Made by a program: the position numbers and the translations under genes
Assembly: GCA_964016885.1 (NCBI GenBank)
Contig: OZ024742.1
Span: forward strand, 187,426,001-187,490,000
Length of the DNA: 64,000 bases
From: Eledone cirrhosa
Lineage: Eukaryota
Reading direction: 5' to 3'
Shown here: piece after piece, positions 28,732 through 41,866 of the stretch
Position numbering within the stretch: position 1 is the first letter of the stretch
Layout: each line of letters begins with the position of its first letter
Notes under the pieces: generated by a model
The model's database searches: none
Seen by the model: the letters and a program-made list of their open reading frames with translations, nothing else
What the model was told of the DNA's origin: nothing

Positions 28732-28986
28732 TACTTGGTATACGTTGCATTCGCAACGCCTGGGTCTGTCTATCTTCCTAGAGGGCTTGGAAAAGTGAAT
28801 TTCCCTTTATTTCAGTAGACGAAAATACTCGGAACGGTTGGTAGGCCCTTGAACCTTGCGTAGACCGGGAAATGGTAATTTCACTGGTTATTGAACGCTA
28901 GACCATTCCTTTATATAATATAATTCAAAACTATTTCACACACCCTAGGAATATAATAACGAGCAACGCAAAGAACCCAAAGCTAG
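28732..28986 (+). mobile_element. Possible decayed non-autonomous Helitron-like element
   Basis: 5' CGTTGCATTCGCAACG hairpin; 3' GAGCAACGC...AGCTAG end. Confidence 0.3.
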
Positions 28987-29509
28987 ATAGTGATCTGATC
29001 TAGTTTAATTTAGTTTTATTTTATTTTTTACGTTTCAGATTTACTCAACTCTATCATTAGGATCCTTAAATTAACTAGTATTTGTAACTAATAACTGTCT
29101 AGGCTACGTTACTTCACCAGCCAACTGAACTGACTCTCCTGGTCACGTGGAGCATGGAACTGTGTCCTGGAGTGCTTGGAAACAATAGAAATTTCCCTAT
29201 TCTTGATATGAGATTTACTCGGAAGTGTTCGTGGGTTTATGAAACTGCGGTGACTATGCAGCTATTATCTCAGTAGCTAACACAAGACAAGCCACACTCG
29301 TTTCTCTACATCACAAACACACAGCGATGGAACTAAACCTTTTATTATGATTATGAAAGATATATTATATAAACGCTTCCTTCTCCTAATTCTTTAATAA
29401 AATCTATAAATTTTTAAACTTTTACATTTAATCTTTAATCTTAACTTTAATTTTAACCCTAAAACTTTTTAAGTTCTCGGTTCTGGTTTCACCCGCGTCC
29501 ATTATATTT

Positions 29510-29666
29510 TTTGCTTTGCAGCATAGAGTTACGTCCCTTTGTAGTGTGAGTTCAAATCCTGCCGAGGTTAACTTTGCCTTTCATCCCTTACGGGGTTGAT
29601 AAAATAAAGTACCAGTAATGCACTGTTAATAATTGCTGGCCTTGTCCTAAAAGTAGAAACAATTAT
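29510..29666 (+). mobile_element. (ATT)-tailed SINE, 5'-truncated
   Basis: B-box, core and tail GGCCTTGTCCTAAAAGTAGAAACAATTAT. Confidence 0.85.
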
Positions 29667-29836
29667 ATTTTTATAGAAGTTTAATCTGGCCCCATCTGAA
29701 CATATTTCTCTGTAACCTGATCCCCTTTACCACTAGCATATGTCCCAATAGCAATGAATCAGAGGGTAGTAGTAATAAGCATACTAAACATACAACCCCC
29801 TGACCAAACCTGTAAGGCAAAATTGATAAGAATTAG

Positions 29837-30411
29837 CAGATAAAATATATACCATTTCCTCTCCAAATTAGCATATTAACCATATAAAAAATCGATTAGA
29901 CCAAGCTATAAGAATAAAGGCTTCTATGAAGAAATCTCCGACAAATAACCGAAAGCAGCCCTTCGCGTCAGTTGCAACGGAATCTTTATCGAGTATTTCG
30001 ACAGCTTGTATGAATCGCCCAGATATACAGTCAATTAAACAGAATTAGGTGTAAAATAAACTTATTGTCTAAATTTGAGCTAACTTCCTGAAGAGTCCGG
30101 TGCTCTAGGTGTCCAATGCTATCGGATATATTAAAATGCGGACGAAACCATGGTAGAGGTAACTAAATGTGTTCACTTTTCTCCTAGTTTATTTTACACC
30201 TAATTAAGTTTAATTGACTGTATATCTGGGCGATTCATACAAGCTGTCGAAATACTCGATAAATATTCCGTTGCAACTCACGCGAAGGGTTGCGTTCGGT
30301 TATTTGTCGGAGATTTCTTCATAGAGGCTTTTATTCTTATAGCTTGGTCTAATCGATTTTTTATATGGTTAATTATGCTAATTCGGAGAGGAAATGTTAT
30401 ATATTTTATCT
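29837..30411 (+). mobile_element. Fold-back element with a hammerhead in the spacer (arms ~29837-30062/30187-30411)
   Basis: ~225-bp inverted arms with scattered mismatches. Confidence 0.8.
30083..30160 (+). ncRNA. Type I hammerhead ribozyme motif, canonical core, long loop 2
   Basis: ACTTC-CTGAAGA-GTCCG(39 nt)CGGAC-GAAAC-CATG-GTA-GAGGT; stem I ACUUC/GAGGU, palindromic stem III ACCATGGT, GUA cleavage triplet. Confidence 0.8.
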
Positions 30412-30505
30412 GGTGATTCTATAGACATGTTTTATGATATATAGCTCTGATTATTTAATTTATTAACTCTTCATTGAGCCACAAAGTGACCCGTTGCAAA
30501 ACATT

Positions 30506-30556
<51 letters not shown>

Positions 30557-31019
30557 AAACCCTTATATGTAATAATCTCCCGTAAGGTTGAGATAAAATT
30601 TTGGCTGTATTGTGCTGCGCTTTCTAGCAAAAAGCCACCAGCCGTAAGCAACTATTCACATCCTTTCTAACGTGACCGTTGCCACGTCACGATTCTTAGC
30701 CATTTTTTAATGTATTCTTGGCGCGATCACTTTGGAAAACTTATATATATATATATATATATAGAATTAGTATATTTACCAACATATGCGTACAGATGTA
30801 CACTAATGCTAGCAAATACATAAGTTATGTGATAGTACCTAGGTGGTTCAAATCAGGAGGATGCAGAACAATTATATGAAAGACGTAAAATAAGAAAATT
30901 TTAAAAATTAAAAATTAACTTACTCACCAAAATTTTCACTCCAACTAATTAGTTTCTGTAATGGGATAAAAATAGTTACGCAATGTAACCATCGAGAATT
31001 CATAACGTCATCAGGGAGT

Positions 31020-31200
31020 CTAATAAAAACATATCTATGTGTGTGTGTATATATATATATAATATATATGTATATATAAATATGTATATAAATATATATA
31101 TATATATACATATTTATATATACATATATATTATATATATATACACACACACACATAGATATGTTTTTATTAGCAGCATGACGTTTCCAAAGTATAACTA
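31020..31200 (+). mobile_element. Microsatellite-centred palindrome (31020-31173) plus family F tail
   Basis: CTAATAAAAACATATCTATG(TG)n...(CA)nCATAGATATGTTTTTATTAG; the tail CAGCATGAC..TCCAAAGTATAAC is the reverse complement of 34961-34996. Confidence 0.65.
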
Positions 31201-31221
31201 TATATATATATATATATATAT

Positions 31222-31522
31222 AGATAAATCTACCAAAAATTTATGGTAGTGTCCAATCCGTATGAAGAACTCAATGTAATCCGGATATCATGAAAAGAAA
31301 AGATGCATTCAAAAACTATTTTCGGTGAAAATTAACGGAAAACAGAGTCAAGATAAATTAATAAAGTAATGAATAAACAAAGAAACTATTTCTTATATTA
31401 AAAAATTCATCAAATTTTTTTGAATTTTTTTAATAACATTTTTTTTTTATTTTTTTAATATAAAGAATTTTTAAAATTTTTTTTAATATAAGGAACTGTT
31501 TCTTTGTTTATTCATTACTTTA

Positions 31523-31527
<5 letters not shown>
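31222..31527 (-). mobile_element. Fold-back element family G
   Basis: Arms ~31357-31410/31478-31527; second copy in the opposite orientation at ~52765-52950. Confidence 0.7.
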
Positions 31528-31568
<41 letters not shown>

Positions 31569-31572
<4 letters not shown>

Positions 31573-31795
31573 AGAACATACAGATGTGAGGAAAAACCAC
31601 AGACCCTCCATCTCAACTCTACTTTTGAAAAGCAGAAGAACTTTGAAACCGGTAAAGGAACCAAATAAATATATATATATTTTTAAAAATAAGACTCCAG
31701 TTGCATTTTCGATTTCATCTTTTTTTTCTTTATACTTTCACTCGTGTAGGACACCTCGGTTATTTTTCATTTTGTAAAAAAAACCTCACTTTCTA

Positions 31796-31796
<1 letters not shown>
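31569..31796 (+). mobile_element. Family H ~230-bp hammerhead-bearing element in (TA)n
   Basis: Near-identical to 56523-56753; hammerhead at 31621-31659 with a mutated stem II. Confidence 0.8.
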
Positions 31797-31845
<49 letters not shown>

Positions 31846-31847
<2 letters not shown>

Positions 31848-33555
31848 CGAAGGAAATGTTGTAAGGAACCAGGTGGACCATAACGCACCAAAGTACTCAA
31901 TACTTAGCCTAGTAGAGTGGGTAATAGGAACCAGTAAGACCCCGAAGGTTGAGCTCAAGCCGTTTCGACGGCTAATTCTGGACTAATTGAAAATTTATCC
32001 TGCTATTTAAATAGCCGTGCTTCTCAAGGTGTAATTCCATATATGGTCAAAGTGATTGTCAATAGTTAGTAGTAATTCAGTGATGGCAAATTAGTAGGGG
32101 AGATGGTGGCTATACCTGCCAGTAGGAGAGAAAGGGGGAGGGGTGGAGTAGACCCAATCATGCGTTGGTAGTGCCGGCTGCAGCTGGGCAAGAGGTCAAA
32201 GAAGATAGTGGGGAGGGGGAGGGGGAGGAAGTCGAAACGGTAGGTAGTACAATGAGGGGTAAAAAGACTGAGAGGTAAGAAAAGCGAAAAAGTGTAAAGA
32301 AAAAAGAATATATAAGCAAGTTCTACGACCTAAGTCTTTAGCTATTGTTAGGCTAGATAAATAAAAAAATAAAGAAAGAAAGAAATAAAGAAAGAAGTAA
32401 AGAAATAACGAAATAAGTAAATAAACTAGGTGGGGCGGAATAGGAAAGGACTCTTTTAAGAGGTATAAGTACGTAAATCATACGGTGACGGGTCAACAAG
32501 TGGGGCCAAAATACTAAAGAAACTACCACGAAATAAATAATAAAGGTTTCTACCCCGGGCACAAGCTCAGCAACCACCCAGTGCAGAAAAGTAAACTAGT
32601 ACGAGATAATAATTCTGAGACCTGAAAAAAATATACTAATGCTAACTCTAAAGGTACCGCCGCGCAAACAAATGTTCTTATACAAGCTACATGAAAGTTT
32701 GTACGAAGTAAAGGTAGAATACAGAAACGTTTTGGACGGGGTGGATTCTGATTTTATTTTTCCGTATTCTACCTTTACTTCGTACGAACTTTCATGTAGC
32801 TTGTATAAGAACTTTTGTAGCGCGGCGGTACCTTTAGAGTTAGCATTAGTATATTTTTTTCGGGACTCAGAATTATTATCTCGTACTAGTTTACTTTTCT
32901 GCACTGGGTGGTTGCTGGCCTTGTGCCCGGGGTAGAAACCTTTATTATTTATTTCGTGGTAGTTTCTTTAGTATTTTGGCCCCACTTGTTGACCCGTCAC
33001 CGTATGATTTACGTACTTATACCTCTTAAAAGGGTCCTTTCCTATTCCGCCCCACCTAGTTTATTTACTTATTACGTTATTTCTTTACTTCTTTCTTTAT
33101 TTCTTTCTTTCTTTATTTTTTTATTTATCTAGCCTAACAATAGCTAAATACTTAGATCGTAGAACTTGCTTATATATTCTTTTTTCTTTACACTTATTCG
33201 CTTTTCTTCACTCTCAGTCTTTTTACCCCTCATTGTTCTACCTACCGTTTCGACTTCCTCCCCCTCCCCTCCCCAGTATCTTCGTTGACCTCTTGCCCAC
33301 CTGTAGCCGGCACTACCAACGCATGATTGGGTCTACTCCACCCCTCCCCCTTTCTCTCCTACTGGCAGGTATAGCCACCATCTCCCCTACTAATTTGCCA
33401 TCACTGAATTACTACTAACTATTGACAATCACTTTGACCATATATGGAATTACCCCTTGAGAAGCTCGGCTATTTAAATACCAGGATAAATTTTCATTTA
33501 GTTTAGAATTAGCCGTCGAAACGGCTTGAGCTCAGCCGTCGGGGTCTTACTGGTT

Positions 33556-33560
<5 letters not shown>
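31846..33560 (-). mobile_element. Family A large fold-back element (tail 31846-31923; arms 31924-32727/32759-33560)
   Basis: ~800-bp inverted arms, 31-bp spacer, TA flanks; mirror ORFs 32353-32577 (-) and 32908-33132 (+) translate almost identically. Confidence 0.9.
33452..33545 (+). ncRNA. Type I hammerhead, U3-A8 variant, with full stem III (family A; mirror copy ~31937-32032 on the - strand)
   Basis: ACCCC-TTGAGAA-GCTCGGCTA(37 nt)TAGCCGTC-GAAAC-GGCT(TGAGCTC)AGCC-GTC-GGGGT. Confidence 0.75.
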
Positions 33561-33611
<51 letters not shown>

Positions 33612-33822
33612 AATAAATATATATATGAAAACACGGAGAAAGAGACGGTTATTAGGAAGAAAAATATATTTTTTTCCTTTTTTATTTATTTCTCTATTTT
33701 TTCTGAGTTAGAAAATGATTAAAACGAAATGTTTTACTTTGTGTGAAATGTTAAGGTATTAGTTGATTTATTTATGAATTAACAATGGCATTTATTTATC
33801 TATTTATATATTTAATAATTGT

Positions 33823-33864
33823 CTATTACCGGTTTCAGCATTTTTATGCATTATCAAATGATAG
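33823..33864 (-). ncRNA. Minimal hammerhead, U3-A8 variant
   Basis: Reverse complement CTATCAT-TTGATAA-TGCAT(AAAA)ATGCT-GAAAC-CG-GTA-ATAG. Confidence 0.6.
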
Positions 33865-33932
33865 TGATATGTATTAGTGTGGTGTCGCACATATTAAAGA
33901 ATAATGTTATTTACAAACAAGGTTTATGAAGT

Positions 33933-34068
33933 GAAAAGAAAAAAAGAAAAAAAGAAAAAAAGAAAAAAAGAAAAAAAAGAAAAAAAGAAAAAAAGAAAAA
34001 AAGAAAAAAAGAAAAAAAAGAAAAAAAGAAAAAAAGAAAAAAAGAAAAAAAGAAAAAAAGAAAAAAAA
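33933..34068. repeat. (GAAAAAAA)n octamer tract
   Basis: Directly visible, inside the Penelope 3'UTR. Confidence 0.95.
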
Positions 34069-34581
34069 CGGTCGTAATGTAGAGCATAAAAAGTCAATAT
34101 GAAAGGAAAAATAATGTTATTTACAGGCATAGTTCTTGAAGTTAAGTAGATCAAAATGTGTTAATATAGCAAGGGTACTTAGTTGATCCATGATTCCATG
34201 ATGGAGGCAAACGCTGGACTGAGGTTTGATATGATTTCCCTTTTTAGAGAGTTAATATGCAGGAGGAGGAAATTCAGGCTGGATGATATTTAATTTATTT
34301 AAGAAAAAGGATTAGGTAGGGTTTGAGGGAGGTAACTCTAGGTAAATGTTTGATTGTTTGTTGCAGTTTTAGTTTGGTCCGAAGTTTAGTGAATTAAGTA
34401 GAGGTTGGAATTTGTTAATGAAATATGTTTCCTTATTGGTACGATGGATGAAAGTAGCGTTGTCTATGAATTTGTAAATGGGGAGAATTTTAAAGTTTGG
34501 ATGTTGGTTGTGTGTATATATACATATATATATACACACACACACATATATATATACATACATATAGACACACACACACAT

Positions 34582-34668
<87 letters not shown>

Positions 34669-34669
34669 A

Positions 34670-34745
<76 letters not shown>

Positions 34746-34780
34746 AAATGTGTGAGATCCTTGGTACAGTCAGGTATATA

Positions 34781-34946
34781 TTGAAAAAAAGGAAAAGAAT
34801 GACTTCACTTGTGCTGTTAAAAGATGTTTGATTTAATTTTATAATATTATAATATTATGCGTTGGTAATAATATTATAATATTATAAAATTAAATCAACA
34901 GTTTTTTAACACTACAAGTGAAGTCATTCTTTTCCTTTTTTTCAAA
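34781..34946. repeat. Fold-back with ~78-bp arms
   Basis: TTGAAAAAAAGGAAAAGAATGACTTCACTTGT... versus ...ACAAGTGAAGTCATTCTTTTCCTTTTTTCAA; adjacent to (TA)n. Confidence 0.8.
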
Positions 34947-36009
34947 TATATATATATATAGTTATACTTTGGATAGGTCATGCTGCTAATAAAAGCACAC
35001 GCACCGGACTTTCGTTTGATCAACCGACTGAATCCTCTTCGACGTATTCTATGGAAGATCTACTCCATCATAATGTACGCCTGTACTAGCTTTGAACATT
35101 TTAATTTTTATTTTTTTCTCCTCTGTAAAATTTAAAAACTCATTACTTAATTTCACTTCTATTCTCCGAACTTATTATGATTGTTACAGACGTGGCTTTC
35201 ATTCAAGAAACTGTCTGCGGGGCGTTAAATTATAGAAGTAAATAATTGGAAATACTGCAGTAAAATATTTAGATTCCAATAGAAAATAATAGAAGACAAA
35301 TAGCTGCAACAATATATCGCACCTTCAACTATAACAAGAGCAGTAACAAAAGCCAAAAAGCATCATTAAAAATAACTAATACGGTATGAGAAGAAACGTT
35401 ATTTCTCTTTATCTCCATACAACAAAGTATATACTAACAGCGATATTTTATTGATCTCGCGGCAATTTGCATAATATTTCAGCATAGTTAATAACGACTA
35501 ATGCTTGGCTTGCTTATGAACTCAGTGCAACCTTTGTAGCTTTATTTTATTTGTTTAGTGTAATTCGTTTTTTGTTTTGTTCTGGCATTCATCACGCATT
35601 ACTCAGAGCCTGTTGGGTTGTTTTTATTGATGTGGCCTAGATGTTGCTTCAGTCGATGTCTTACTTCATCTGACATCAGAGTCACATCATCCTTATAAGG
35701 GTTATGTAAACCCATGTTTCACCGTCTCTAAAAGACCGTTGATTAGAGGTTGAATTTGAACTTAATTTAAGGGCTCTTAAATTCTGATGCAGATGTAGGG
35801 GGCACCGTTCTGTGACACGGTGTGTCTTCTGCACGTTTACACCTAGATCGGAACACAGGCGATTTATTCCAGAGGAAGAAAGAAAGAGAGATATAGAGAT
35901 AGGAGAGAGAGCTAGGGGAAACAGAGAGGAGATATAACTTTATAGATAGATAGATAAATAGATAGATACATTGATAGACAGATAGATAGTTAGATAGAGA
36001 CAGAGAGAG

Positions 36010-36056
<47 letters not shown>

Positions 36057-37240
36057 TAGAGAGAGAGAGAGAGAGATAGATAGATAGATAGATAGATAGA
36101 TGATGGATGTATTTAAAAAAGAAAAGATCAAGACAAAATTAAGTAATGAAAAAAATGGGGAAAGGGCAAAGTAGATAAGATCTTGCTGCATAGGAAAGTA
36201 AAAGAAAGGACTATAAATGCCATATATAAGAAGTAAAGGAGGGAAAGAGCAAGGACTATTAGGCAAAGGAAGAAAGAGAGGGGGAAGAGGACAGGGTGAC
36301 AAACAGTGCGTTTAAGAACAGGGTGGTGTTTCGGTTATATCCTGCGGACAAATAAGACAAAGTCCCAAAAACAGATACATCAGACCATTACGTCTGTCGC
36401 TCTAATAATTTCATCAGTCCTGCTTACCTCAACTTCTTGTATGACGCTGTGGCAAATTTAAGTAACGTAGAAATTATTTTCACCTTGAAAGTAAAGGTAT
36501 TGCTGCACGAATGCACGAATATTATTTCATCTATTGACCTCCGCCGGTTTCGACATTGACTGTTCTTTTTTTTTTCGATCAACGGAGCAACCTCCTCACG
36601 ACATTGGCGTGATACGAGTAGAGCATCCCACAGACAACCACACTTTCAACGAGATTCTTAGGAAGTTCAGTCTAACATATTATGTGACAAACCTGGTATG
36701 TCACAATACACCCGACGGGCTACCAAACAGTTTCCGTGTACCCATTTCCACTTACAAAGGAGTTATTGATAATTTTGATAACTTTGATAGGTTTCGGCCA
36801 GTAATCGCCCAAGCCATGTCTAACTTGATAGCACCACTGACCCGAGCTTCGGAAACTAACGTGTAAATGGCTTAGCATATGATAAACACGTGTACCATTA
36901 ACATAAATATCAGTGAGATTAAGCCTGAGACAGTGTGTGATTTAGAATCACAGGTACAGAAACATGAAATAAATTAACTTGCTGAAAGATATAACCGTCG
37001 GCCAAACACCTTAACAATTAGGCCTCGTACATTCACATGTTTCGATTATAAAAGATATTTGATATTATTATAACTTTCCGTGTGTAACACGGAAATTTCT
37101 GATAGATCAATAACATTGAAATTATTTATGTGATAAATAGTTATTCTGTTTAATTGTCAGTCTGTCTCTCTTTCTCTCACACCCTCTCCCTACATATACA
37201 CGCATATATATATGTATATATATATATATATAAACACATA

Positions 37241-37290
<50 letters not shown>

Positions 37291-37341
37291 ATGGACATAT
37301 ATATGTATATATATATATATATGTATATATATGTATATATG

Positions 37342-37425
<84 letters not shown>

Positions 37426-37800
37426 TATACATATATATATATATATGCATAAATATAAATACTTAGAGACACATCATTGATCACATTGACACACACGCAC
37501 GCACATCGATATTATTTTACTGACTGTTCTATGATTGCCCTGCACCAGTGTATAGTTTATCGATTATAAATCAGTAAACAAAAGTATTAAAGCAATTTGG
37601 CAGCGCGAATGTATAATTATATGTGGGCCTTGTTTAACATCCGAATGAAATAAGAGTCGAAATGTTAGCAAGTTAGCAAATGTCAAATAGAGAGGAAAGT
37701 AGTTGAACGTAAAAATTATCTAGAAGTATGTCGTACAGATAAGCCACATGCACCTTTATTTTATTAATTATACATACATATACACATATATATATATATG

Positions 37801-37834
37801 TTGAGCTCAGCCGTCGGGGTCCTACTCGTTCCTA
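37801..37834 (+). mobile_element. Family A arm-end fragment in (TA)n
   Basis: TTGAGCTCAGCCGTCGGGGTCCTACTCGTTCCTA. Confidence 0.8.
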
Positions 37835-38450
37835 TATATATATATATATATAGATATATATATATATATTCATATGTATACGCACATACACACACATATT
37901 TATGAATTATATATACATATATAATTCATACATATACATGCATGCATCATATACATAGATAGATAGGCAGATATATGTACGTATATATTTCTTTATGCAC
38001 CGGGGTAATTGCTGGCCTTGTACCAAAAATAGAAACAATTATTATAAAGAAAACATTTTTATATATGTATATTTCCTTATATACACAGATAGAGGCATAC
38101 GTAGATATTTGCGCTGTTATATATTTATAATTATATAAACACAAATACTTATGTGCTGACTCTGTGTTTATATACTTATGTGTTGACTCTGTGTTTGTAA
38201 TATATATATAAAGAGAGAGAGAGATAAATATACACGGGCGTGTATGATTGTGTATAGAAGATTATATTAATAAAAGGAATTCCAACTTTGTCTGATTTAC
38301 TCGTTTTATTTACAATCCTTTAAAATTTATAATGGTATTAGAATGAAATAGTATGGTAGAATATTAAATGTTAAGTGTTAATTGAACAAGTACTTTCATG
38401 CTTTCGCAATCTTCAGGTTCATAATATGCGGTGATAGTCAAGTTTGCAAT

Positions 38451-38501
<51 letters not shown>

Positions 38502-40834
38502 ATTTATATAAGTTGATTGGTACTTGACTTTTGACGAAGTCAACAAATCATGCAGACAATGAATTTTTTATGTGTGTGCGAGTATGTATGTATTTGTTCA
38601 TATGTGTGTGAATGTATGTGTCTGTATGTATGTGTGTGGGTGTGGGTGTGGTGTTTAGGCCTCATAATTTAGTGGGTCCAGAAACTAGGGTCGGTAAATA
38701 TGTACCCAGCCTGAAGGAAATAATTACTGGCGTTGATGTAATCAACTAAACCCTATCAAGGTTTACTACAGCTCGGCCGGAGTGTAATAACTAAAACCAG
38801 CAAAAGACAAAGAAAACGATAAAGATATCTAAATTTAATCATGAACTAAAGTGCTATGAGTGGCCTTTGTCAAAACACTGGTTCATACACACATACACAC
38901 GCACATATATACTCACATACATACACACGTGAATACACAGACCCCCACACTCCTACACTAAATTGTTTAACTTAACTAAACAAAAGACTTCAAAATTATG
39001 AAAGACATTGTTGAGGTTTTCTCAGACTCTTTTTATAAACACATACACTATGATAAATCACTCGAGTCTCATAATATATTCAAGCAACACATCAACGCGG
39101 TATTTGGAAAAAAAAGAAAGTCCTTTGTGTCCTCAAGGTATAAATACTAAATCGATAATAGTGAAATACTTTTCACGTTAACCTGCTGTTAAAATATCTA
39201 CTCTAGTTTTCTATAAAAAAGCATAACGAAATATATAGGTACGTTTAATCTATAGAAGCTAGTAAAATTCACGTTGGCAATCAAAGAGGGAAAACTAGGG
39301 TAAATATTGTCAAACGAAACAACAATGTACGCTTTTGCTTCATATATTTCGGAATGAATTCCATTTTTCAAAAAAAGAAAAAAAAGGAAACGAGTGTGAT
39401 GGTGATGACATGTGCAAATTGTTATTTTTTTGTTTTAAAAGAAAGACTGTGATATAAATAATTTATTATAGTCTGTTATGTCGCAGTAGCAGCAGCGACG
39501 AGACCACCAGCAGCACCAACAGCAATAACACGAATAATAGCTGTAGTAGCAGTAGCATAGTCTCTACGGACGATGTGATAGTGATAAATAATTCAATAAT
39601 TTCACGTGTTTCATTATTATGTTTAAAATTTGGAGAGGATAGTTATAAATTCTCACGTCGTAAACACACGCACGCACACATTCTCACACATACACACACA
39701 TGCACACACACACAAAACTAATTTACAGATATGTTCACACCCTGTTCATTGTTGTTCATTAAAACAACAATGTAATCATTTGCAGATCGTTATAATTACT
39801 AATGGGCACATTCACGCCCACTGATCTGTTTTCTATCATGCAAATCTATAATACATGCATATTCATATATACATACGAAAGGTAGATACATATACTCGCG
39901 CACACTGTTATATTTACACACGCTACACACACACACACACATACGTAAATACATCTATACACATAAATATATATACACACATGCATATATATATGTATAT
40001 ACATGCATATACATATACTTATTTATGCATATATATATATATATTTATATATATATATATATGTGTGTGTGTATTTATGTGTGTGGGTATGTATGTATGC
40101 ATGTATAAATCTGGAACATTCATCGTTGAAAGTGACGGAAATCCATTTTCTTCCATACGTATTCGGTTAAACATTATTATGACCTTCTTTTCTGTTCGTA
40201 TTTGACCGTAATATTCTAACAAAGTCAAACTCTGAAGATCAACAAAAACAAATAATGAATAACGACTTCAAGGTGAAGTGGTTGAGTGCATTTCCCTTGA
40301 AATTAATGAGTTCAGCAGGATATATACAAATACTTGTGATGGATTTATTAATCAATATGTTTGGTTGGTTGTCAATCAGTTTAGAGAAAATATCTTGAAT
40401 GTTTTATACAGTAGCTTTAGACATACATCTTGTGAAATGATGGTGAAGTGTTTTCACTAATCATGGATTCAGTTGCCAACTTTGGATTCGTTTCCTAAAC
40501 ATATCCCATCCCACCTCTGTTGTTTTAACATCCATTTCTCCCCAAACTCATTTCCTATACATATATTCCATTATGCATCTGATCTTTTAACAAAGATTCC
40601 AACGGAGGTACATTTTTCAGACAAAGATTCTATCATAAGTATACTTTTTAAACAAAGTTTCCTTTATTATTATCTTTAAACAAATTCCACTGTAAATAAG
40701 TTTTAAAACGCATATGCCTTCATAATTACGTTTTTAATATTGTTATTCCTCCGTAGATACATTTTTCCAACATATGTACCACCGTAAATGCGCTTCTAAT
40801 GCATTCCATCATTCTTAATTCCATCCTACAAGTA

Positions 40835-41240
40835 AACATTTCATTATACATGTTTTGTAATACACATTTCATCATTCATTCTTTGTAATACATATTTCAT
40901 AATACATTCTTTGTAATACATATTTCGCCATATGAGTTTCATAATATATATTTGCTCAGACATGTTTTGTAATATATATTTTATCATATATGTTTTGTGA
41001 TACATATTTCATCATACATATTTGTAAAACATATTTCATCATGCATGTTTGGTAATATATATATGTTGTCTTATATGTCTTGTAATATATATTTCATTAT
41101 ACATGTTTTATAGCACCCACTCCATCATACATATATTTTTATCACATACACCACTATTGTTGCTTAATTTAGTACATATTTCATCATAAATGTACCTTTT
41201 AAATCGTTATTTCCTCAAATATACATTTTAAAACACATAT
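40835..41240. repeat. Degenerate ~25-28-bp tandem repeat
   Basis: Recurring TACATATTTCATCATACATGTTTTGTAA-like unit. Confidence 0.7.
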
Positions 41241-41721
41241 TCCATAATAAATATTGGATTAATCCTAGTTTTCGCTGGATATAGTTGGTTTTAAATCTCT
41301 ATTAAAATTTTGAACTCAGAACGCAAACTACTGGAACATATACCCCGAGATATCTCGTCCGATGCTCCATCAATTCTACCAATCTATTTCCATTGTGTGC
41401 TACTTAATATTATCAAACCCTCAGGGATGAAAGCAAAGTTGAGTTCGACAGGGTTTGAACACGGGCAGAAAACCAGACCAAATACCACAATAGGGTGTAT
41501 CGTAAACGAATTTGCGTATTCGACAATCTTCCTTTCATTTTAGATCCCACAAAACTTGATGGACTCGTAGGGGCGCTGTATTGACATACGGCATTTTAGG
41601 AGGCATTTTAAGCCTGGCGGGGCCCATCCCTCTCCAGGCCTGAGTAGAATAGATTTCTTCCAGAGAAAGATAGAAAGTGAGAGAGAGGAAGTGACAAAGA
41701 AACAGAGGAAGAAGCGACTAC

Positions 41722-41866
41722 TAGACTGGTACTTTTGTTATCGACCTTTAAAGGATGAAAGGTAAAGTTGATCTCAGCGGGATTTGAACTCAGAGAGCAG
41801 AGGGCTGAAATAAACACTGCAAAGCAATCTATTCGACTTTCTAACGATTCTGTCAAATCGCCGCCT
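41722..41866 (-). mobile_element. Diverged SINE copy
   Basis: GGATGAAAGGTAAAGTTGATCTCAGCGGGATTTGAACTCAGA. Confidence 0.75.

Larger units (their letters stand above)
33626..34510 (-). mobile_element. 5'-truncated Penelope-like element: GIY-YIG C-terminus, 3'UTR and hammerhead
   Basis: [11 protein letters not shown]...[18 protein letters not shown] (about 34510-34369) fits the Penelope endonuclease end pattern R..KE.YFI.KF.P.LN; downstream hammerhead motif; ends in (TA)n. Confidence 0.7.

Noticed and set aside
32353-33132. Mirror-image ORF pair as duplicated membrane-protein genes
   Set aside because: A by-product of the palindrome and T-rich composition
36534-36866. 110-aa complex-looking ORF
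   Set aside because: No recognisable motif, ATG start or clear splice context; cannot be supported without a database search
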